From sequence record DRR723986_27055: 37,438 nt of DNA; one strand, written 5' to 3'. This document shows positions 1-7,463 of the stretch, in pieces (within the stretch, counting starts at the first letter, position 1; each line of letters opens with the position of its first letter). The translations under genes were made by a program, and so were the position numbers. The notes under the pieces were generated by a model, which saw only the letters and a list, made by a program, of their open reading frames with translations, had not been told where the DNA came from and ran no database searches.

Positions 1-73
1 AAACTTATACCGAAGTCTTAAGTGAGACCTGATTCCGGCCGGGATTTTTTAAACAATTTAATTATTCAATTTT

Positions 74-283
74 ATGAAAAAGTTATTATTTGGAATGGCC
101 TTTATTGGGGCTATGATGAGCACAGGAGTATCTTTCCACGCTAAAGCAGACGTTCCTGTAAAACCTTGCTATCAATGAATGTATTGGTGCTCTGGGGAAG
201 TTGTAGTCTATAACTGTGAAAACTATCAAACTGGGCATTTATGCTCTGCAGCTTATGAAGCATGCTATAAGTGTTCTCTATAA
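74..283 (+). pseudogene. Small secreted six-cysteine peptide ORF (69 codons) with an in-frame TGA at codon 35; pseudogene, sequencing error or recoded gene
   Basis: Manual translation: MKKLLFGMAFIGAMMSTGVSFHAKA-DVPVKPCYQ*MYWCSGEVVVYNCENYQTGHLCSAAYEACYKCSL*. It has a Sec-type signal (MKK, hydrophobic core, AKA cleavage site), TGA at 176-178, and an open frame to TAA at 281-283. Absent from the ORF track. Confidence 0.7.
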
Positions 284-292
284 ATAGGTGAT

Positions 293-318
293 AATTAGAG
301 GCTCGTTTGCCTCTAATT
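293..318 (+). terminator. Stem-loop after the peptide ORF (terminator or mRNA-stabilising hairpin)
   Basis: AATTAGAGGC-tcgttt-GCCTCTAATT is a perfect 10-bp stem, followed by a T-rich tract. Confidence 0.6.
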
Positions 319-354
319 GTTATATTGTTTTTTTTGAATTAAAAAACTGATTAT

Positions 355-1464
355 ATGTACTTTCGCTTATCCCTGATTTTTATTTTAATAACCTTTTTTT
401 CCTGCAAAACTAATTCTGAAAAAGTTTCTGACGAAAGTATTCTTCACGTTGAACTTGAGGAATCAGAACTAATGAACATAGAAAAGTTTGAAATTCTGGA
501 ACTCATCCCATTAGAAACCAATCAATTTAACTTGATGGGGCTCGATTTGAGGGTGCGCCAAAATGAAGAGAGTTATTATGTGATGGACATTGGGACAAGA
601 GATGCAGTGCATCAATTTTCTTCTGATGGGAAATATCTAGGTGCCGCAGCCTCGATAGGTGAAGGGCCAGGTCAACTGCTGGGTTTGCAGGATTTTCAAA
701 TTGATAATGAAGGCAACCTGCTGGTTTTGTCTTCATTGGGCGATAAGTCCACTATCATTAAAATTGAAGACGCCGCTGAGCTCACTACAGTTTTTGAAAC
801 CGATTATTTGGCAGGATCATTTACCATTCCATCTTCTGGTAATTTTCTTTTGGCTGGTGGATATAACCTCCCAATTGTAGCTGACCGGGTTGTTTTGACA
901 GATTCAATTGGGATCATTCAATCTACTTTTTTGCCTAATGATTATGAGAATGAAATGCTACCAATGGGGGAGCGAAATTTCTATGAATCAGGTGAAAACC
1001 TGCTCTATTCCGAAATTTTCAACAACCGAGTTTATGAATATTCTGAGGCAGGATTAATGCCTATTTTGGAAATTGATATGGGAAAGTATTCACTTCCAGA
1101 TAACTTTTGGGATGTAGATCTCATGGTAGGATTTAGTCGACTACAGGAAAACGGATTTGCAACGATAAAATCAGTCTTTGAGGATGATAGCAATTACTTG
1201 GTTAACATCCATATTCAAAGTAAGGCAGGTTCTTTCAAGAAATTACTTCTCATCAATAAGGAGACTGGGAATTCAAACTATTGGGATGGCACATCCTCTG
1301 AAGAAGAGGTGTACAGTGACCCTATTGCAATGGAAAATGGAGAAATTACGTTTTTGACCTATCACTCGGTATTGAAAAAGAAATTGGAAGGGGATTTACC
1401 ACCTAACCTCCAAGAAATGAACTATGACTATCCAATATTACTCACAACTAAGATTAATGATTAA
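355..1464 (+). CDS. 6-bladed beta-propeller lipoprotein (DUF4934/DUF5128, TolB-like type)
   Basis: Lipobox FFSC. The motifs 'LIPLET', 'HQFSSDGKYL' and 'IGEGPGQ' are typical of this Bacteroidota family. Confidence 0.75.
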   Translation: MYFRLSLIFILITFFSCKTNSEKVSDESILHVELEESELMNIEKFEILELIPLETNQFNLMGLDLRVRQNEESYYVMDIGTRDAVHQFSSDGKYLGAAASIGEGPGQLLGLQDFQIDNEGNLLVLSSLGDKSTIIKIEDAAELTTVFETDYLAGSFTIPSSGNFLLAGGYNLPIVADRVVLTDSIGIIQSTFLPNDYENEMLPMGERNFYESGENLLYSEIFNNRVYEYSEAGLMPILEIDMGKYSLPDNFWDVDLMVGFSRLQENGFATIKSVFEDDSNYLVNIHIQSKAGSFKKLLLINKETGNSNYWDGTSSEEEVYSDPIAMENGEITFLTYHSVLKKKLEGDLPPNLQEMNYDYPILLTTKIND

Positions 1465-1990
1465 AAGAAAAATTTATCTCTCGCTTTGCCTTTTTCTAAC
1501 TATTACTTTACTAAGTTCATGCAGAGATCATCCTACTACAATAAAATTTCCAGAAGGCTTAGAAGAATTGCGAATTGGTGAAAACTCTAAGCCACTTTGT
1601 CTGGAATGTCCTAAGAAATTCGTGGGTTATTTGGATTTAACTCAAAGGGATCTTTTTTTCTTGGAGATGAACTCTAAAGGATGGATTGATCTAAAATTCA
1701 ATTACCCTGAACTGGAGGTGATCTGGGTGTTTGCGGGTAAAAATCAAAGAATTGATAAAAGTGATCTAGTTCGAATGTTGGATGATATGGGATATCCCTA
1801 TTCTGTGCTTTATGATAAAAAGAATAAATTCTATGAAATGAATCAGCTTGATAAAATACCTTATGAAGTCAAGGCGATCCAGTCTTATTTTGTAGATGGC
1901 GAGGATGTAATAATCAATGCAGAATCAGGAATTCCCAGTTTGTTTAAAAAGCAGGTAATTGATTTTCTTGAATATGAGAAGAGTGAGTGA
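1457..1990 (+). CDS. Hypothetical lipoprotein, possibly thioredoxin-like fold
   Basis: ATG at 1457 overlaps the upstream gene end and gives the signal MIKRKIYLSLCLFLTITLLSSC. It contains a CLEC motif, and the segment 'YPYSVLYDKKNKFYEMN...SYFVD' resembles AhpC/TlpA-like C-termini. Confidence 0.6.
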   Translation: MIKRKIYLSLCLFLTITLLSSCRDHPTTIKFPEGLEELRIGENSKPLCLECPKKFVGYLDLTQRDLFFLEMNSKGWIDLKFNYPELEVIWVFAGKNQRIDKSDLVRMLDDMGYPYSVLYDKKNKFYEMNQLDKIPYEVKAIQSYFVDGEDVIINAESGIPSLFKKQVIDFLEYEKSE

Positions 1991-2136
1991 TGTTTTATTT
2001 TAATCCTTACAGGAGGCTAGTCATATTTATAAAGGAGCAATGCTAAAATCCCCGTATTTTTTGGATTAAGCACTCTTTTTCCCTTTCTTGAAGATTGACC
2101 CAAAAGCCTGACTTTTCAACTTCAAACCTGACCTTA

Positions 2137-3918
2137 ATGAACAAACATACCTATGGAAGTGGGGTGATCGGCAATTGTGCCTTTATCGCCCATGTGGAAC
2201 TGGACACGAATATCAGTTGGATGTGTCTGCCAAGATTTGATTCAGATTTTATTTTTGGGGGAATGCTAGACAGGGAGAAGGGTGGAGAATTCACCATTCA
2301 TCCGGAGTCTGGAAATTTTAAGTCCTCTCAGGAGTATTTGGAAAACACCAATGTCCTGAAGACAACGGTCAAATCCGAAGAGGGAAGCTATGCTGTCACT
2401 GACTTTGCTCCCAGATTCAAAAACTTCGATCGCTACTACAAGCCACTGATGCTGATTCGCAAGATCGAAGCGATATCAGGTTCGCCTAAAATTCTGATCA
2501 AATGCCAACCTTCGGCTGAGCATGGAGCCAGATTGCTAAAATCGAGTATGGGATCTAATCATATCCGCTTTATGGATACCGATCAGGAACTGAGACTATC
2601 TACTAATGCTCCTCTGAGCTACATTATGGACGGGAAGGCTTTTGCCTTAAATAAGCCGGTTTATTTGGTGCTAACCTACGGAAGGCCTTTGGAAGCTCCT
2701 ATAGAAACTACCGCTGAACGGTTTTTACATGCTACCACTGCGTATTGGCAGGAATGGGTGAAGTCTACCAGTATTTCGAATTTTCATCAGAAGCTAGTAC
2801 TACGCTCGGCTTTGATCCTGAAAATCCACCAGTACGAAGATACGGGAGCAATCATCGCTGCCTCTACCACCAGTTTGCCAGAATCTCCCGGATCTACCAG
2901 AAACTGGGATTACCGCTATTGCTGGATTCGGGATAGCTATTATACGCTGACTTGTTTCAATAGCTTAGGCCACTTTGAGGAATTAGAAAAGTACTTCGAG
3001 TTTATACATAACCTACGACCAGGACCTGATGGACGTTACCAGCCGTTATATTCCATCACTGGAGATTCGCTTTTGATAGAGGAGATTTCAGATTTGGATG
3101 GGTATATGGGTGAGAAGCCAGTTCGCTTTGGTAATCAGGCTTATACCCACATTCAGAATGATCTCTACGGCCAGGTATTAGTTTCCTTGCTGCCACTTTA
3201 TTCAGATCAGCGTTTCACGGAAGAAGAGAGAAGTAGCTCCAAGCCGATGATCATGAATCTGCTGAATAAGATCGAAGCCACGATGAATGAGAAAGATGCG
3301 GGGCTCTGGGAGTTTAGAAATCTAGCTCAGGAGCACTGCTATACCTTCTTGTTTCACTGGGCAGGAGCCTGTGCTGCCGCAAAAATTGGTATTCGTCTGA
3401 AGGATGACAGCATGTATCAAAAAGCAATAGTTCTTCGGGATATGGCAGTTAAGAAAATAGAGGAGTGTTATCTCCCGGATCGTAAGGCGTATGGCCAGGC
3501 AATTGGGTCCACTTATATGGACGCTTCCACGTTACAGTTGATCACTATGGGATATTTTGGAGAAGATCTGGAGCGGGCAAATGATCATCTGAAAGCTTTG
3601 GAAGATGAGTTGTTGGCAAAGGATTTCCTATTCTATCGTTACAAGCACATGGATGATTTTGGTGTGCCAGAGACTACGTTCTTGATTTGTGCATTCTGGT
3701 ACATTGAGGCACTAGCTTGCGTAGGAAGATTGAATGAGGCTGTAGAGGGCTTCGAAACCTTAGTGAAATACTGTAATCATTTGCAGTTATTCTCCGAAGA
3801 TGTAGATCAGAAGACAGGAAGCCAATGGGGTAATTTTCCTCAGGCGTATTCTCATGTAGGATTAATGAATGCTGCTTTCCGTATTGGCAAAAAGCTGGAC
3901 AGACCAAATTTCTTATAA
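2137..3918 (+). CDS. Glycoside hydrolase family 15 (trehalase/glucoamylase-like)
   Basis: GH15 motifs TTSLPE, RNWDYRYCWIRD, GLWEFR, FSED and GNFPQAYSH, plus N-terminal IGNC...W.CLPRFDS. ATG at 2137 is preferred over TTG at 2095. Confidence 0.93.
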   Translation: MNKHTYGSGVIGNCAFIAHVELDTNISWMCLPRFDSDFIFGGMLDREKGGEFTIHPESGNFKSSQEYLENTNVLKTTVKSEEGSYAVTDFAPRFKNFDRYYKPLMLIRKIEAISGSPKILIKCQPSAEHGARLLKSSMGSNHIRFMDTDQELRLSTNAPLSYIMDGKAFALNKPVYLVLTYGRPLEAPIETTAERFLHATTAYWQEWVKSTSISNFHQKLVLRSALILKIHQYEDTGAIIAASTTSLPESPGSTRNWDYRYCWIRDSYYTLTCFNSLGHFEELEKYFEFIHNLRPGPDGRYQPLYSITGDSLLIEEISDLDGYMGEKPVRFGNQAYTHIQNDLYGQVLVSLLPLYSDQRFTEEERSSSKPMIMNLLNKIEATMNEKDAGLWEFRNLAQEHCYTFLFHWAGACAAAKIGIRLKDDSMYQKAIVLRDMAVKKIEECYLPDRKAYGQAIGSTYMDASTLQLITMGYFGEDLERANDHLKALEDELLAKDFLFYRYKHMDDFGVPETTFLICAFWYIEALACVGRLNEAVEGFETLVKYCNHLQLFSEDVDQKTGSQWGNFPQAYSHVGLMNAAFRIGKKLDRPNFL

Positions 3919-3926
3919 TTCGTTTT

Positions 3927-4034
3927 TAACCTTTGAGGTGTAATCCCGAATGTCGTCAGACTTCGGGATTTCCTCGAAGATTTAATTTTTTTGAACAAAA
4001 ATCCTTTGAGGCCCAAAAAAGACCTCAAAGGTTA
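3927..4034. repeat. Composite/nested REP-like palindrome cluster
   Basis: 13-bp perfect inverted repeat TAACCTTTGAGGT (3927-3939) / ACCTCAAAGGTTA (4022-4034). Inside it lie the hairpins AATCCCGAA..TTCGGGATT (3942-3970) and CCTTTGAGG..CCTCAAAGG (4003-4031). Confidence 0.6.
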
Positions 4035-4121
4035 TTCTTATAACCCATCAATTTTCTACAGTTGGTTTTCAGACTTAGTACAATCCTTGTAGTTTCCCGT
4101 TCTAATTAACTAGTACTACCT

Positions 4122-5015
4122 ATGAGTTTCCAAAGATTTACAGCTGCCTTCTTATTGATCTGCCTTTCACTAGCCTTTTTTTCTTGTTCCAAAGACATTT
4201 ACCGTAAGAATAATAAAGCACATAAAAAGGCCGTCAAAGAAGCCACGGCTACCATTCAAGAAATTCCGAAAACAAAGGCTGAGCTGGATTACGATACCCT
4301 CAGCATTACTGATGAATGGGTTGGGACTACAAACTTCAGCATTAGAAAGCCAAATTATGTGATCATCCACCACACAGCTCAAGACTCATTGAAGCAAACG
4401 ATTAATACATTCACATTAAGCAGAACTCAGGTAAGTTCTCATTATGTCGTAGGTAGAGATGGTGAGATCGTTCAGATGCTGAATGATTATTTGCGCTCTT
4501 GGCATGCTGGAAGAGGGAGATGGGGGAATGACACTGATCTTAATTCAGCTTCTATCGGAATAGAGTTAGATAATAATGGAAGTGAACCATTTACTGTGGC
4601 TCAGATTGAAAGTTTATTGGTTTTGCTTAAGCGCTTGAAGTGGAAATATGGAATTCCATCTGCCAATTTTATCGGTCATTCGGATATTGCTCCATCTAGA
4701 AAAGTTGACCCGAGTACCTATTTCCCTTGGAAAATGCTGGCTGAGGAAGGGTATGGCTTATGGTATGATGAGGATGTAGTTTTCCCGGTTCTATCTTCTC
4801 AGGATAGTTCACCTATCGCTATAGAAAGGTCAGACTCATTGCCACAGACTATGTTAGATCCAGTTTTGGCATTACGAATTATTGGCTATGACGTAAGTGA
4901 TCCACAAGCTGCGATTCAATCATTTAAATTGCATTTTATTCAGCGGGATATAGATTCAGCATTGACCGAAACTGATAAGAGAATCTTGGATAATCTGTAT
5001 AAAAAATACCTTTAG
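4122..5015 (+). CDS. N-acetylmuramoyl-L-alanine amidase (Amidase_2, AmiD-like lipoprotein)
   Basis: Lipobox FFSC. Amidase_2 motifs IIHHTA, VSSHYVV, SWHAG, NSASIGIE and GHSDIAPSRKVDP, with a C-terminal PG-binding-like segment. Confidence 0.92.
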   Translation: MSFQRFTAAFLLICLSLAFFSCSKDIYRKNNKAHKKAVKEATATIQEIPKTKAELDYDTLSITDEWVGTTNFSIRKPNYVIIHHTAQDSLKQTINTFTLSRTQVSSHYVVGRDGEIVQMLNDYLRSWHAGRGRWGNDTDLNSASIGIELDNNGSEPFTVAQIESLLVLLKRLKWKYGIPSANFIGHSDIAPSRKVDPSTYFPWKMLAEEGYGLWYDEDVVFPVLSSQDSSPIAIERSDSLPQTMLDPVLALRIIGYDVSDPQAAIQSFKLHFIQRDIDSALTETDKRILDNLYKKYL

Positions 5016-5062
5016 GGTAGTCAGCCACAGTGGGTACGGAGTGTGACGCAGAGACCACAAAA

Positions 5063-5090
5063 GCAGGGGCGAAAAATCTTTCGCCCCTAC
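5063..5090. repeat. GTAG-type REP-like palindrome / hairpin between convergent genes
   Basis: The minus strand reads GTAGGGGCGAAAGATTTTTCGCCCCTGC, with a 10-bp stem AGGGGCGAAA/TTTCGCCCCT. Confidence 0.6.
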
Positions 5091-5116
5091 ATCATTTTTG
5101 ATAATTAATACGGATA

Positions 5117-7291
5117 TCAAGAAGTCAACTTCTGAAGCAATTGCCTCACTTGCTTAACTGATTTAATATTGAAATTTGCTTGGGTAAATGCATAGCCCAC
5201 CCGGATGGAATAGGCATTTTTTGGCATCGCCTTGAACGTATCTTCATCGGTCCAGTCATCTCCAATCGCTAAGATAAAGTCGTATTCTGCGCCTTTCATC
5301 ATTGCTGTGGCTGCTCGGCCTTTATTGATATCCGGGCGTTTGATTTCCAAGACCATATTTCCTTCCAAAACCTGCAAGTTGTGACCTCTGGCCATATATT
5401 TAAGATGACTGAAAAGTTCTCGCATCCTGAGATCTCCCAGACCACTTTCTACTTTTCTATAGTGCCAAACGAGTGAGTGGTGTTTTTCTTCGATGAAGGC
5501 TCCTGGAGTTCTTAGAACGTAATATTCCATGATCTGTCGGATATCATCTTTCCATCCGTCCTCTACTTCTGCATACAGTTCCCAATCTCCCTTGTTTTCT
5601 TTCTTTTTGACCCACACACCATGCTCAGCAATCATGTCTATATGTTGACCTTCAAACCATCTTCCAAGTGTGTCCTTATCTCTTCCTGAGATAACAACTA
5701 CTTGAGCCAGTTTGCTAAGGTCTTTTACTATCCCTTTCAATTCTGCATCTGGTATAGCCTTCTGAGGATCCGAGTGAAATCCAGTTAGCGTACCATCATA
5801 GTCTAGGAACAAAACAGCATTTTTTGCCTTTTTGAAGCTTGCCTGAATCTCGTTCATTACTTTAGCATCTACATCTTTGGAGGTAAGCTCTTCCTGCTTT
5901 CTCTTAACATGATCCAGACGATCCATGAACACTTTCACCCACTGGAATACATCGTATTTCTTCAAGCTTTCCTGCATGCTATTTATTCTGAATTTTTGCT
6001 CATCCAGTGGCATGGACAGCGCATTGAATATGGCATCGACTACGCCTTGACGATCGTTAGGATTGACGAGAATAGCATCTTGAAGCTCTTTGGATGCACC
6101 AGCCATTTCAGAGAGAATCAATACACCGGTCTGGTCAGTTTTGCTGGCCACGAATTCCTTACAAACTAAGTTCATACCATCACGCAGCGGAGTTACTAGC
6201 GCGATGTCTGACATGTTGTAAAAAGCACTGAGTTCTTCGAATGGAAAACTTCTGTAGAAATAGTGTACTGGTACCCAATTCAAAGTTGAGTACTCACTAT
6301 TGATCCGGCCCACCAATAGGTCAATCTCCTCTTTCAGCTCTTTATAGGATTGCACTTTGTCCCGACTTGGTACCACGATCATGATCATGGATACTTTGCC
6401 ATGAAGTTCTTTGTGCTGCTCTAGCAATTGATTGAATGCCTGAATACGCTGCGGAATTCCTTTGGAATAATCCAAGCGATCAATGGTAAGCAGCAATTTT
6501 TGATCTTCTACCTGCTTACCAAATTCCTCTACAAAGCGTAGCGTTCGCTTGCTTTTTGCTTGCTTCGCAAATTTATCGTAGTCAATTCCCATGGGGAATG
6601 AGTCCACATTGATGATTCTATTTTCAGCCTGGATGTAGCCGCTTTCGCTAGACAATCCTGTAATCCTACCGACTGCACTTAGGAAGTGACGCATGTCATC
6701 GTAGGTGTGGAAACCAATTAAGTCAGCTCCACAAACTCCCTCCAACAATTCCTTTCTCCAAGGTATCATCCGGATAATCTCATAAGATGGGAATGGGATA
6801 TGTTGGAAAAAGGCGATGGTGGCATTAGGCAGTACTTCACGCAGCATCTGTGGAAGTAAAAGCAACTGATAATCATGAATCCAGATGGTGTCGTCTGGAC
6901 CTGCTTTTTTCAATATAGCATCACAAAACTTCTGGTTTACACGAACATAAGCCTCCCAATGCTCTGGGTTGTAAACCATGTATTGTGTGAAATAATGAAA
7001 AGCTGGCCAGAGCGTTTCGTTACTGAATCCTTCATAAAATTCTTCCACGTCTTCCTTGGATAAGAATACTGGAGCCATTTTGAGATCATGAAGTTCGAGG
7101 ATGATCTCCGCTCTTTGCTCGGGGTCGTCAACGGTATTTCCCGGCCATCCGATCCAAATATTCTCTCCTTCTTTATAGATAGATCCCAGTCCAGTTGCTA
7201 ATCCTCCTGCACTTGGTTTGAACTCGAATCGGCCGTTGCGATGTCTTAAGCTGATAGGAAGGCGATTTGAAACGATAATGGTTTTTGACAT
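5117..7291 (-). CDS. otsAB: Bifunctional trehalose-6-phosphate synthase/phosphatase (GT20 + HAD IIB fusion)
   Basis: OtsA domain motifs VSNRLP, GGLA, WIHDYQL, HIPFPS, DRLDYSKGI and RDGMNLV. OtsB domain motifs FLDYDGTL, ISGR and GDDWTDED. Confidence 0.96.
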   Translation of the reverse strand: MSKTIIVSNRLPISLRHRNGRFEFKPSAGGLATGLGSIYKEGENIWIGWPGNTVDDPEQRAEIILELHDLKMAPVFLSKEDVEEFYEGFSNETLWPAFHYFTQYMVYNPEHWEAYVRVNQKFCDAILKKAGPDDTIWIHDYQLLLLPQMLREVLPNATIAFFQHIPFPSYEIIRMIPWRKELLEGVCGADLIGFHTYDDMRHFLSAVGRITGLSSESGYIQAENRIINVDSFPMGIDYDKFAKQAKSKRTLRFVEEFGKQVEDQKLLLTIDRLDYSKGIPQRIQAFNQLLEQHKELHGKVSMIMIVVPSRDKVQSYKELKEEIDLLVGRINSEYSTLNWVPVHYFYRSFPFEELSAFYNMSDIALVTPLRDGMNLVCKEFVASKTDQTGVLILSEMAGASKELQDAILVNPNDRQGVVDAIFNALSMPLDEQKFRINSMQESLKKYDVFQWVKVFMDRLDHVKRKQEELTSKDVDAKVMNEIQASFKKAKNAVLFLDYDGTLTGFHSDPQKAIPDAELKGIVKDLSKLAQVVVISGRDKDTLGRWFEGQHIDMIAEHGVWVKKKENKGDWELYAEVEDGWKDDIRQIMEYYVLRTPGAFIEEKHHSLVWHYRKVESGLGDLRMRELFSHLKYMARGHNLQVLEGNMVLEIKRPDINKGRAATAMMKGAEYDFILAIGDDWTDEDTFKAMPKNAYSIRVGYAFTQANFNIKSVKQVRQLLQKLTS

Positions 7292-7430
7292 ATATAAGTA
7301 GTTTAAAAACGAGAAATGGAAAAGTCCAATTCAAAAAGGTGAGGAGTTAAGATAGAGAATATCTCCATGAATATAAACAAGATGAGCTCTGATGAGTTCA
7401 TTCACTAGCCTTATTTCATGATTTGGTAAC

Positions 7431-7462
7431 AAAAAAGCATCCGTTGTGGCGGATGCTTTTTT
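7431..7462 (-). terminator. Intrinsic terminator (bidirectional architecture) downstream of the haloperoxidase gene
   Basis: AAAAAAGCATCCG-ttgtgg-CGGATGCTTTTTT lies directly after the stop at 7464. Confidence 0.85.
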
Positions 7463-7463
7463 G

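Noticed and set aside
1-21. Possible 3' end of an upstream CDS (KLIPKS*) followed by a weak GC hairpin and T-run at about 28-51
   Set aside because: Too short to support a call; the frame and identity cannot be established inside the window.
176-215. Selenocysteine call for the in-frame TGA
   Set aside because: Not called as a feature: the hairpin is weak, the six Cys already pair evenly, and no sel genes are visible. Kept only as a testable alternative.
7382-7401. Small hairpin ATGAGCTC-tgat-GAGTTCAT upstream of otsAB
   Set aside because: Short and imperfect, with no second copy or recognisable motif; it could be chance.
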